Assembly: GCA_041652555.1 (NCBI GenBank)
Contig: JBAZHE010000001.1
Coordinates: 2,847 to 66,846 of the forward strand
DNA: 64,000 nt
Direction of reading: 5' to 3'
Source: Patescibacteria group bacterium
GTDB taxonomy: Bacteria; Patescibacteriota; Patescibacteriia; Patescibacteriales; WJLG01
In this document: in pieces, positions 46,837 to 55,233 of the stretch
How positions within the stretch are numbered: the stretch's first letter is position 1
Layout: each line of letters begins with the position of its first letter
Notes under the pieces: generated by a model
What the model was told of the DNA's origin: nothing
Seen by the model: only the letters and a program-made list of their open reading frames with translations
Database searches by the model: none
Translations under genes and position numbers: made by a program

Positions 46837-47913
46837 ATGCAAAAAACAAAATTTTTTATTACCATTCTTTTGGCAGCCATTGCTCTTTCTGGCTGTTCAA
46901 TTTCTGTGAACAGTAAAGACACTTCTAATATTGATGGCGGAATTTTTGTGAGTTCTAATAAAGGCGAAATCTGGGGGCAGACCGCCAGTGTGCCGACAAC
47001 TAATGGTGTGGAAAGCATCCGTTCTTTTGATTCGGCTGTTTTAGTCTTTGATCCTTCCGATGCCAAGGCGGTTTATCTGGGCACAGTCGGCCAGGGCCTT
47101 TATTATTCTTATGATTTATCGCGCGGCTGGCAGAAAGCTTATACTTTGCCTAGTGGAACAGTTTTAGCCGTGGCAGTAAGTCCAGATGATAAATGTCAAA
47201 TTTATGCGACTTTGGGCAATAAATTATATGCCTCCAAAGATTGTAATCGCACTTACGAACAGATTTATTTTGACAATGACCCAGTAGTTCAGGTAAGCTC
47301 ATTAGCGATAGATTATTATGACCCGAATAAAATTTATATTGGCACTTCTAAGGGGGATATTTTAAAAAGCTCGGATCGCGGTCAAAGCTGGCAGACGATT
47401 TATCGCACTGGTTTCCGGGTTTGGAAAATTATTTTAGATTCCGTTGACAGCCGGATTATTTTTGCTTCCACTAATGGCGCTGGCCTTTTTCGCTCCGTTG
47501 ATGGCGGTGAGAACTGGGTTAGCTTAAAAGAAAGCTTAAAAGAATTTAAAGACTCTAACAAAATAATTGATGTTTCCTTCGCGACTTTAGAAAAAGGCTT
47601 GATCTTTGCGGCTACGGCTTCTGGAATTATGAAATCAACGGATAATGGCGACTCTTGGACTAAAATAGAATTGATAACTAAAGAAAATCAGAAAGAATCT
47701 TCCGTGGAAACAATGGCGGTTAATCCGAAAAATGCTCAAGAGATTTATTATGCCACTAAGACGACTTTTTACAGTTCCGTTGATGGTGGTGTGAGCTGGA
47801 AAACTAAAAAGTTGCCATCCACCCGCGCCGGTGCGGTTTTGATGGTAAAGCCGGATCAGCCCAATGTTTTATTCTTGGGTTTGAAGAAAATAAATTCTAG
47901 TGGACAATATTAA
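46837..47913 (+). CDS. lipoprotein with BNR/Asp-box beta-propeller repeats
   Basis: Lipobox LLAAIALSGC, then repeated S-x-D-x-G-x-x-W motifs (SSDRGQSWQ, RSVDGGENW, KSTDNGDSW, SSVDGGVSW). Confidence 0.8.
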   Translation: MQKTKFFITILLAAIALSGCSISVNSKDTSNIDGGIFVSSNKGEIWGQTASVPTTNGVESIRSFDSAVLVFDPSDAKAVYLGTVGQGLYYSYDLSRGWQKAYTLPSGTVLAVAVSPDDKCQIYATLGNKLYASKDCNRTYEQIYFDNDPVVQVSSLAIDYYDPNKIYIGTSKGDILKSSDRGQSWQTIYRTGFRVWKIILDSVDSRIIFASTNGAGLFRSVDGGENWVSLKESLKEFKDSNKIIDVSFATLEKGLIFAATASGIMKSTDNGDSWTKIELITKENQKESSVETMAVNPKNAQEIYYATKTTFYSSVDGGVSWKTKKLPSTRAGAVLMVKPDQPNVLFLGLKKINSSGQY

Positions 47914-47933
47914 TAACATTATAAATTAAAAAT

Positions 47934-48488
47934 ATGAATCAATATTTACAAGAAAAAAAGTTGGAGTTTGACAAGGTTATAGAATTCTTCAGGAAAGACA
48001 TTAGCTCTTTGCGTACCGGTCGCGCTAATGTAGCGATGTTGGATGGAATAACCGTGGAGGCTTATGGCATAAAAAATCCACTCGTTTCTGTCGGTAATAT
48101 TTCTACGACTGATGCCAAGAGTATTGTTATCACGCCTTGGGATAAAGGAGTTTTAAAAGATGTGGAGAAAGCGATTATGGAAGCTAATCTTGGTTTGGGT
48201 ATTGTCAATGAAGGTGATAAAATTCGCTTAACCGTTTCACCGATGACTGAAGAAGTCCGCAAGGAGTTAGTAAAAAAATTGAATGAAAAGAATGAGCACG
48301 CTAAGGTTTCTGCCCGTGGTATTCGTGAAATTATAAAAAAATCAATCGAGGAGGCTGAAAAAGACGGTGCGATTTCTGAAGATGATAGTGAGCGTTTTAT
48401 GAAAGAGATGGATGAGGAAGTGAAAAAGATTAACGACGAATTAAAAGGTATCCGCGACAAAAAAGAAGCGGAAATAATGACAATTTAA
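47934..48488 (+). CDS. frr: ribosome recycling factor
   Basis: 184 aa. LRTGRANVAMLDGITVEAYG...PWDK follows the RRF pattern. Confidence 0.93.
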   Translation: MNQYLQEKKLEFDKVIEFFRKDISSLRTGRANVAMLDGITVEAYGIKNPLVSVGNISTTDAKSIVITPWDKGVLKDVEKAIMEANLGLGIVNEGDKIRLTVSPMTEEVRKELVKKLNEKNEHAKVSARGIREIIKKSIEEAEKDGAISEDDSERFMKEMDEEVKKINDELKGIRDKKEAEIMTI

Positions 48489-48490
48489 TA

Positions 48491-48540
48491 AATCCCCTCT
48501 AGAAAGAGGGGTGGCTCGGTACTCCGAGACGGGGTGTGTG
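48491..48540 (+). repeat. GC-rich double-hairpin repeat, copy D (canonical)
   Basis: AATCCCCTCTAGAAAGAGGGGTGGCTCGGTACTCCGAGACGGGGTGTGTG. Hairpin 1 is CCCCTCT/AGAGGGG and hairpin 2 is CTCGG-TACT-CCGAG. Confidence 0.9.
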
Positions 48541-48570
48541 AAATTTAACACCTTTGCTATATATTCAGCG

Positions 48571-48615
48571 CGGCAGGAACCCCTTCAGGAGATCCTGCCG
48601 GAGCCAATTTTTTTT
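48571..48615 (+). terminator. hairpin plus U8 tract ending at the rseP start codon
   Basis: CGGCAGGA-14 nt-TCCTGCCG, then GAGCCAA and TTTTTTTT, immediately followed by ATG 48616. Confidence 0.4.
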
Positions 48616-49737
48616 ATGTTTTTAACTTTAATAGTATTTATTCTAGTTTTATCTCTTTTAATTTTTGTCCATGAATTCGGGCATTTTTGGACGGCAAGAA
48701 AATTAGGAGTGAAAGTTGAAGAGTTTGGCTTTGGTTTTTCCCCGCGGGTCATTGGTGTTTATAAATCTAATGAAGGAAAATGGAAGGTTGTTCATGGTAA
48801 TAAAGAAGTGACGGATGCGGTAGATACGATCTATTCTTTGAATTGGTTGCCATTGGGAGGTTTTTGTAAAATCAAAGGTGAGGATGGAAGCGGTGAAAGC
48901 GAATCTGATAGTTTTGGTTCCAAGCCTGTTTGGCGTAGAATGGCAATAATTTCTGCTGGCGTTATAATGAATGTATTATTGGCAGCAGTTTTTTTTTCCA
49001 TTGGCTTTATGATTGGTTCGCCACAAGGATTTGATAGTAATGATAAACACGCGATTGTGAGCGAGCGCAAGATTCAGATATTGGAAGTTGCTCAGGAAAC
49101 TCCGGCGGCGACTGCAGAGTTAACGGCTGGAGATTTTATTTTAGCGGTTGACGGACAATCTTTGGTCGATGAAAAAGATTTGCGTGCCTATGTTAATCCT
49201 CGTGCTGGCGAAGAATTAATTTATAAAATAGAGAGAGATGGTAATATTTTAGAGAAAAAAGTTATTCCAGCTGATCATGCCGGCAAAGGCGAAATCGGCG
49301 TGTCAATTGCCAATATCGGGCTAGTTCGTTATCCTTGGTATTTAGCTATTTTAAAAGGTTTTATGGCGGCCGGGATAATGGTTTGGATAATTATTCTTGC
49401 CTTTTTAGGGATTATTAAAAATTTAATTATGGGTAACGGTATTGGTGCTGATATTGCCGGTCCGGTTGGTATTGCTAATATGACTGGCCAGTATGCGCGC
49501 ATGGGAATCTCTTATTTGATTCAATTTACTGGACTTTTATCGGTGAATTTAGCAGTTATTAATTTCTTACCACTACCAGCTTTAGATGGTGGAAGAATCA
49601 TCTTTTTAATAATTGAAAAAGTGAAAGGCTCTCCAGTGCGTCGTGAGGTTGAGGGAGCTATTCATAGTGTTGGATTTTTTGTTTTAATTGCTTTAATGGT
49701 TTTGGTTATAGTTCGTGATGTCCTTTCTCTCTTTTAA
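48616..49737 (+). CDS. rseP: RIP metalloprotease RseP (site-2 protease, M50)
   Basis: HEFGHFWTARKLG (HExxH), a PDZ-like middle region and NFLPLPALDGG. The listed N-terminal extension from GTG 48511 lies inside repeat D. Confidence 0.9.
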   Translation: MFLTLIVFILVLSLLIFVHEFGHFWTARKLGVKVEEFGFGFSPRVIGVYKSNEGKWKVVHGNKEVTDAVDTIYSLNWLPLGGFCKIKGEDGSGESESDSFGSKPVWRRMAIISAGVIMNVLLAAVFFSIGFMIGSPQGFDSNDKHAIVSERKIQILEVAQETPAATAELTAGDFILAVDGQSLVDEKDLRAYVNPRAGEELIYKIERDGNILEKKVIPADHAGKGEIGVSIANIGLVRYPWYLAILKGFMAAGIMVWIIILAFLGIIKNLIMGNGIGADIAGPVGIANMTGQYARMGISYLIQFTGLLSVNLAVINFLPLPALDGGRIIFLIIEKVKGSPVRREVEGAIHSVGFFVLIALMVLVIVRDVLSLF

Positions 49738-49769
49738 TAAATTAAAAAAATTAAATATAATAAATCTTT

Positions 49770-50432
49770 ATGAAGAAATACTTTGTTTTGTTGGTCGCCG
49801 TTGTATTATTATCCGGTTGTGCTAAGGTGAATAAAAATAATAATGGCGAGAGTAATGATTCCGCCGCTAATGAACAAAAAAACATGGAAAATCAAACTAA
49901 TGATATTTCACAGCCTAATTTTGAGAAATTTTCCGATTTAGTTAAAGATTATAAAGGGGCAGTTTTAAAAACAAATTTGGGTGATATAGAAGTGGAGTTT
50001 TATGGCGATGTTTCACCGTTCACTGTGAATAATTTTTTGAATTTGGCTCAGATGGGTTTCTATAATGAGACATCTTTCCATCGGGTGATTAAAGACTTTA
50101 TGATTCAGGGCGGTGATCCGAACTCAAAAGATGATGACTGGTCAAATGACGGTATGGGTGGTCCCGGCTATCGCTTTCGCGATGAGTTTAACAGCCATCT
50201 TTTAATTAAAGGCTCTTTGGCAATGGCCAATTCCGGTCCTAATACTAATGGCTCGCAATTTTTTATCGTTACCGCCGAAGCTACTTCTTGGTTGGATGGC
50301 AAACATACGAATTTCGGCCAAGTTATTGGTGGCATGGATATAGTTGATAGAATTGAAAATTTGCCGGTGAACGAAAATGATCATCCGACAAATGACGTCA
50401 AAATAAGCAGTGTAGAGTTGGTAAAAAAATAA
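49770..50432 (+). CDS. cyclophilin-type peptidyl-prolyl isomerase, lipoprotein
   Basis: Lipobox VLLSGC, then FHRVIKDFMIQGGDP and SLAMANSGPNTNGSQFFI. Confidence 0.92.
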   Translation: MKKYFVLLVAVVLLSGCAKVNKNNNGESNDSAANEQKNMENQTNDISQPNFEKFSDLVKDYKGAVLKTNLGDIEVEFYGDVSPFTVNNFLNLAQMGFYNETSFHRVIKDFMIQGGDPNSKDDDWSNDGMGGPGYRFRDEFNSHLLIKGSLAMANSGPNTNGSQFFIVTAEATSWLDGKHTNFGQVIGGMDIVDRIENLPVNENDHPTNDVKISSVELVKK

Positions 50433-50435
50433 AAT

Positions 50436-51461
50436 ATGGATATTAAGAAAATTCAAGAAATATTGAAAGATGAGCCGAAATTTAGAATAAAACAGGTTTA
50501 TGAGGCGATTTTTCAGAAATTCGTAGAAAATTGGGACGAGGTGACTGTTCTGCCTTTGGCGTTGCGAGAAAAATTAAAAACTGAAGCGCCGTTAGATATA
50601 GAGGCGGAGATTTTTGAATCAACTGATAAAAAAACCGTTAAGGCTGTAATATCTTTAAATAGAGGAGTGATAGAAAGCGTTTTAATGCGTCACGAAGATC
50701 GGAATACGGTTTGTATATCTTCGCAGATGGGTTGCAAAATGGCCTGTTTATTTTGCTTAACCGGTCAAGGCGGTTTTACCCGCAATCTTGATTATTATGA
50801 AATTGTGGAACAGGTTTTATTTTTTGAAAGATATTTGCGTCAAAATCCATTAGAGGAGGTTGACGGTTTGGTGAGCGGACGCGTGAGTAACGTTGTCTTT
50901 ATGGGTATGGGCGAGCCGTTCGCTAATTATGACGAGGTGATGAAGGCAATTAGATTTCTAAATGATAAAGAAACTTTTAATATTGGTGCTAGAAAAATTT
51001 CTGTTTCCACTGTCGGCCTAATAGATGGAATTAAGAAATTCGCTAATGAACCCTTGCAAATTAATTTAGCCTTATCTCTGCACGCCCCCAACGATGATAT
51101 TCGCCACTTGATAATGCCAATCAGCCGCAACCATCCACTGCCCAATTTGTTGCGCGTTGTTTCCGATTATATTAAAAAAACAAATCGTAAGGCGATGATT
51201 GAATATCTTTTATTAAAAGATATTAATGACGATGAAAACAGCGCTCATGAACTAGCTTTTGTTTTAAAAAAATATCTTGGTCGCCTTTTTGTTGTTAATT
51301 TGATTGCCTATAATCAAACAGAAACTTACAAGCCATCTAGTCAGGAGACAGCCGAAGCGTTTAAAAAAGTTTTAGTGGAAGAAGGCTTGGAAGTCGTGGA
51401 GCGTTTTCGTTTTGGCCGCGACATAAAAGGTGCCTGCGGACAGTTAAGGAAGGGAAAATAA
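50436..51461 (+). CDS. rlmN: 23S rRNA/tRNA adenine-C2 methyltransferase RlmN (radical SAM)
   Basis: Radical-SAM CxxxCxxC (GCKMACLFCLTG), FMGMGEP and a C-terminal GACGQL. Confidence 0.92.
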   Translation: MDIKKIQEILKDEPKFRIKQVYEAIFQKFVENWDEVTVLPLALREKLKTEAPLDIEAEIFESTDKKTVKAVISLNRGVIESVLMRHEDRNTVCISSQMGCKMACLFCLTGQGGFTRNLDYYEIVEQVLFFERYLRQNPLEEVDGLVSGRVSNVVFMGMGEPFANYDEVMKAIRFLNDKETFNIGARKISVSTVGLIDGIKKFANEPLQINLALSLHAPNDDIRHLIMPISRNHPLPNLLRVVSDYIKKTNRKAMIEYLLLKDINDDENSAHELAFVLKKYLGRLFVVNLIAYNQTETYKPSSQETAEAFKKVLVEEGLEVVERFRFGRDIKGACGQLRKGK

Positions 51462-51556
51462 TCAATAATAAATATCTAGTATTTAAAACAATAATTTAAT
51501 ATTTTAAATATTAAATTATTGAAATATTGTTTTATTATTTTTTTATTGGATATTTA

Positions 51557-51817
51557 ATGATTGAGTTGAATAAAAAAATAAAAGAATATATCAGGGTGAA
51601 AGTTATTCCCAATTCCGCCAAAACCGAAATCAAGGGTGAAATGGCCGACGGGACTTTGAAGATTGCCGTGGCCGCACCACCGGAAAAAGGCAAAGCCAAC
51701 GCCACGCTCTTAGGGTTTTTAGCTAAAGAATTAAGTGTTAGCAAAAACAATATAATCTTAATCAGTGGCGCCTCTTCGCGCATTAAGCTGATAAAAATAA
51801 AGTATGCCAAAAATTGA
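51557..51817 (+). CDS. DUF167 (YggU-like) protein
   Basis: IRVKVIPNSAKTEI...KIAVAAPPEKGKAN follows the YggU family pattern. ATG 51557 is preferred to TTG 51527. Confidence 0.75.
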   Translation: MIELNKKIKEYIRVKVIPNSAKTEIKGEMADGTLKIAVAAPPEKGKANATLLGFLAKELSVSKNNIILISGASSRIKLIKIKYAKN

Positions 51818-52445
51818 ACAAGGATCTGAGAAAAGTTTTGTGTTTATGAGAAAAATAAATCCGGTGGTTAAATTTTTGACTATTTCTGACATTATGGTAA
51901 TGGGCGGTTTCGGTTTTATTCTTCCGATTTTTGCTGTTTTTATTGTTGGGCGAATTGATGGTGGAACAGTAGAGGTGGTTGGCATAGCCGAAGGCATTTA
52001 TTTGTTTACCAGAAGTATCATGCAAATTCCTTTTGGCTACTTAATTGATAAAATAAAGGGGGAGAAAGATGATTTTTGGGTGATGTTTATTGGTACATTA
52101 TTGCTTTCGCTGGTTCCGATTCTTTATATTTTTTGCGATACGCCGATAAAATTGTATGTGGTTCAATTTTTGTACGGCTTGGTCGGCGCGGCCACTTTCC
52201 CGACTTGGTTGGCGATTTTTACTCGCCATATAGATAAGAATCGCGAAGGCTTAGAATGGGGAGTTTATCAGACTTTTTCTGGGATTTCGGCGGCGGTCTT
52301 TTCCGCACTAGGCGGTTTTGTCGCTTTTAAATATGGCTTTAATGTTTTATTTATAATAGTAAGTATTTTTTGTTTGATTGGCGGTTTTTTCCTTCTTGGG
52401 CTTTATCAACACATGGTGCAAGGAAAAGTGCTTAGGCGAAAATAA
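51804..52445 (+). CDS. six-helix MFS-like membrane protein (half-size)
   Basis: About 6 TM helices with an MFS motif-A-like loop, PFGYLIDKIKGEKD. Only 213 aa. Confidence 0.55.
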   Translation: MPKIEQGSEKSFVFMRKINPVVKFLTISDIMVMGGFGFILPIFAVFIVGRIDGGTVEVVGIAEGIYLFTRSIMQIPFGYLIDKIKGEKDDFWVMFIGTLLLSLVPILYIFCDTPIKLYVVQFLYGLVGAATFPTWLAIFTRHIDKNREGLEWGVYQTFSGISAAVFSALGGFVAFKYGFNVLFIIVSIFCLIGGFFLLGLYQHMVQGKVLRRK

Positions 52446-52447
52446 AT

Positions 52448-53335
52448 ATGGACTTATCAATCATCATAGTTTCTTGGAATGTCCGCGAGTGCTTGAAAGA
52501 TTGTTTGTCGCGGATTTTTCTTTCTCAAACCGATTTTTTTTTGGAGGTTTTTGTGGTTGATAATAATTCAGCCGATGAAACGGCGGCAATGGTGCGCGCT
52601 GATTTTCCGCAAGTAAAGTTAATTGCTAATTCTGAAAATCGGGGATTTGCTAAAGCCAATAATCAAGCCTTCCGTGAATCTATCGGTCGTTATGCTTTAT
52701 TATTAAATCCTGACACTTTGTCTAATGAGAAAACTTTTAATAATTTAATTAACTGGTTAGATGATAATCAGCAAGCATCAATTTCTGGTTGTCTATTATT
52801 GGATGAGGATAATAAAATTTTAAAGCATGTTAGAAAATTTCCTACGCTCTTTGATCAATTGGTAATAATTTTAAAAGCGCCACATATTTTTCCGGCAGTA
52901 TTGAATAATTATTTAAGAAAAGATTTTAATTATTCAGTAGCGCAAAAAGTTGATTCTGTCCGTGGTGGCTTTATGGCTATTCGGCGAGAAACTTTGTCAA
53001 AAATAATTGGCGAAGAAAGATTAAAAAAGGGTGAACTTTTGGATGAGCGGTATTTTTTGTGGTTTGAAGAAGTCGACCTTTGTAGGTCGGCGCACGCTGT
53101 CGGCTTAGAAGTTTGGTACACACCAGACACGTCCTGTGTTGATTTGGTTGGAGCCAGTTTCTCCCAGTTACCTCGTTTAAATACCCAGAAATATTTTCGT
53201 GCTTCAATGTTGAAATATTTTAAAAAATGGCATCCGGCTTGGCAGGTTTTTATTTTGCGCTTAGCCTGGCCGATGGGGTTTTTTTTGGCATGGTTTTTGG
53301 ATAAATTAGGAATGAAGAGTAAAAAAAATACTTAA
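52448..53335 (+). CDS. GT2 glycosyltransferase
   Basis: LSIIIVSWNVRECL...VVDNNSADET...LLNPD. Confidence 0.88.
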   Translation: MDLSIIIVSWNVRECLKDCLSRIFLSQTDFFLEVFVVDNNSADETAAMVRADFPQVKLIANSENRGFAKANNQAFRESIGRYALLLNPDTLSNEKTFNNLINWLDDNQQASISGCLLLDEDNKILKHVRKFPTLFDQLVIILKAPHIFPAVLNNYLRKDFNYSVAQKVDSVRGGFMAIRRETLSKIIGEERLKKGELLDERYFLWFEEVDLCRSAHAVGLEVWYTPDTSCVDLVGASFSQLPRLNTQKYFRASMLKYFKKWHPAWQVFILRLAWPMGFFLAWFLDKLGMKSKKNT

Positions 53336-53342
53336 AATTGGT

Positions 53343-54428
53343 ATGTTAAAAAAAGTGGCCGTAATCATAAGTCCCAACTGGCATGATTATGCGGAAAAAT
53401 ATATTGACGATTGTCTAGCTGGAATTCGCACTCAGGATTATTCTGGAGAGATAAAAATTTTTATTACTGACAACGAAACCAGTGGTAAAAGCTATGAATT
53501 TTTGCATTCTAAATTATCAGGACTAATTCCGGCAGTAGAAATTTCTAGAAATAAAACAAATGATGGTTTTGCCAAGGGCTGTAATGATTCAATGAAAAAA
53601 GCTTTAGCCGAAGGTTCTGATTATATTTTTAATTTAAGCATTCATTCAGTAATGGAGCCAGATTGTATCTCTCGTTTAGTGGAAGTGGCCGAGAGTGATG
53701 AAAAAATCGGTGCGGTTCAAGCACTTTGTTTACTTTGTCCGGAAAAAAATAAAATTCTAAGCCGTGGAAACGCCACCCATTTTTTAGGCTTTGGTTATTG
53801 TTTGGGATACAAGGAAGAATTGGAAGGTAGACCCGCAAAATTTTGCGGGCCTACGGAAAATGATATTTTTTATCCTTCAGGCGGTTCATTTTTTTTAAAA
53901 AAAGAAATTTTGGAAAAAGTTGGAATGTTTGACGAAAAGTATTGGATGTATAACGAAGACCAAGAATTAGGCTGGCGAATTTGGTTGGCTGGTTACCGCT
54001 GTGTTCTCGCGCCAAAAGCCGTGATGTGTAGCAAGTATAATTTTTTACGTTCCATTTCAAAATATTACTGGATGGATCGCAATCGCATCTTGGCAATTTT
54101 AGAATGCTATCAACTTTCAACTCTGATTTTAATCTTTCCCGCTTTTATTCTTATGGAGTTCGGGCTATTATTATTTTCTTTAAAAAATGGTTCGTTAAAA
54201 GAAAAAATAAAAGTCTGGAAATATTTCCTATCTTTAAAAAATTGGCGTTATATAATAAAAGCCCGCGCTCGTAATCAAGGCTTGCGCCAAGTCCGTGACC
54301 GCGAAATAGCCAAATTAGTCACTGGCAAAATCTGGTATCAAGAAGTTGGGGATTGGAAATTGAGATTAATTAATCCTGTATTTAACGCTTACTGGTTGTT
54401 TGTTCGCGTGCTATTAATTTTTTTATGA
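53343..54428 (+). CDS. GT2 glycosyltransferase with C-terminal TM region
   Basis: VAVIISPNW...ITDNETSG...NEDQELGWR, with hydrophobic C-terminal helices. Confidence 0.8.
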   Translation: MLKKVAVIISPNWHDYAEKYIDDCLAGIRTQDYSGEIKIFITDNETSGKSYEFLHSKLSGLIPAVEISRNKTNDGFAKGCNDSMKKALAEGSDYIFNLSIHSVMEPDCISRLVEVAESDEKIGAVQALCLLCPEKNKILSRGNATHFLGFGYCLGYKEELEGRPAKFCGPTENDIFYPSGGSFFLKKEILEKVGMFDEKYWMYNEDQELGWRIWLAGYRCVLAPKAVMCSKYNFLRSISKYYWMDRNRILAILECYQLSTLILIFPAFILMEFGLLLFSLKNGSLKEKIKVWKYFLSLKNWRYIIKARARNQGLRQVRDREIAKLVTGKIWYQEVGDWKLRLINPVFNAYWLFVRVLLIFL

Positions 54429-55210
54429 ATTTATCGGTAGTAATTGTAAATTATAAAAGTAAAGATAAAACTGCTAAATGTTTGGAATCATTAAATAGGG
54501 CGGAGTGGGGTGATTTATCTTTTGAGATAATTGTCGTGGATAATAATTCTGGCGATGATTTGTCATCTTTTAAAAATGTTTACCCAGAAATAAAAATAAT
54601 TAAAAGTGAGAAAAATCTTGGTATGGGTGGTGGGAATAATTTAGGAGTAAAAAATTCTTTGGGTGAATTTATCTTAATTTTAAATCCTGATACGATTGTT
54701 CAGCCTGATGCGATTTTAAAATTATTTAATTATATAAAAAACAATCAAGATATTGGCATCATTGGTCCAAAGCTTTTAAATACTGATGGCAGTTTGCAAT
54801 ATTCTTGTTTGCGTTTTCCAAAAATATATACACCTATATTGCGTCGGACTTTTTTTGGTTCTTTAGCACCAAAAAGTGTGGATAATTTTTTAATGAAAGA
54901 ATATAATCACGAGGTTATGCGTGAAGTTGATTGGTTGATGGGGTCTTGTTTGTTGGTTCGTCGAGAAATTTTTGTTAAAGATGGGTTTTTATTTAACGAG
55001 AAGTTTTTTATGTATTTTGAAGATATTGATTTGTGTCGTCGTGTTTGGAAAAAACATAAATTAAAAGTTGTTTATTTACCAGAGGCTGTGGTGGTCCATG
55101 ATCACGCTCGCCAAAGTGCTAATAGGCCATGGTATGTTGCACCGTTTACTGATCGTTTGGCGCGTGAGCATATAAAATCTTGGTTAAAATATTTCTTTAG
55201 TAAAAAATAA
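54425..55210 (+). CDS. GT2 glycosyltransferase
   Basis: LSVVIVNYKSKDKT...VVDNNSGDD...ILNPD...YFEDIDLC. Confidence 0.88.
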   Translation: MNLSVVIVNYKSKDKTAKCLESLNRAEWGDLSFEIIVVDNNSGDDLSSFKNVYPEIKIIKSEKNLGMGGGNNLGVKNSLGEFILILNPDTIVQPDAILKLFNYIKNNQDIGIIGPKLLNTDGSLQYSCLRFPKIYTPILRRTFFGSLAPKSVDNFLMKEYNHEVMREVDWLMGSCLLVRREIFVKDGFLFNEKFFMYFEDIDLCRRVWKKHKLKVVYLPEAVVVHDHARQSANRPWYVAPFTDRLAREHIKSWLKYFFSKK

Positions 55211-55233
55211 ATCCGACTTAATTAAGTCGGATT
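55208..55233. terminator. bidirectional terminator hairpin between convergent genes
   Basis: AAATCCGACTT-AATT-AAGTCGGATTT flanked by an A-run and a T-run. Confidence 0.7.

Noticed and set aside
46674-47066. 130-aa minus-strand ORF spanning the holB end, repeat copy C and the lipoprotein gene start
   Set aside because: It overlaps two well-supported plus-strand genes and runs through a stop-free GC-rich repeat. It has no RBS and no recognisable family.
48511-48615. N-terminal extension of rseP (GTG start) in the ORF track
   Set aside because: The extension starts inside repeat copy D and crosses a hairpin plus U8 tract. The conserved RseP N-terminal TM helix begins at ATG 48616.
51535-52025. 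Three overlapping minus-strand ORFs (51535..51810, 51758..51997, 51783..52025)
   Set aside because: They are antisense to the DUF167 and MFS-like genes and mutually overlapping in different frames, with no supporting signals.
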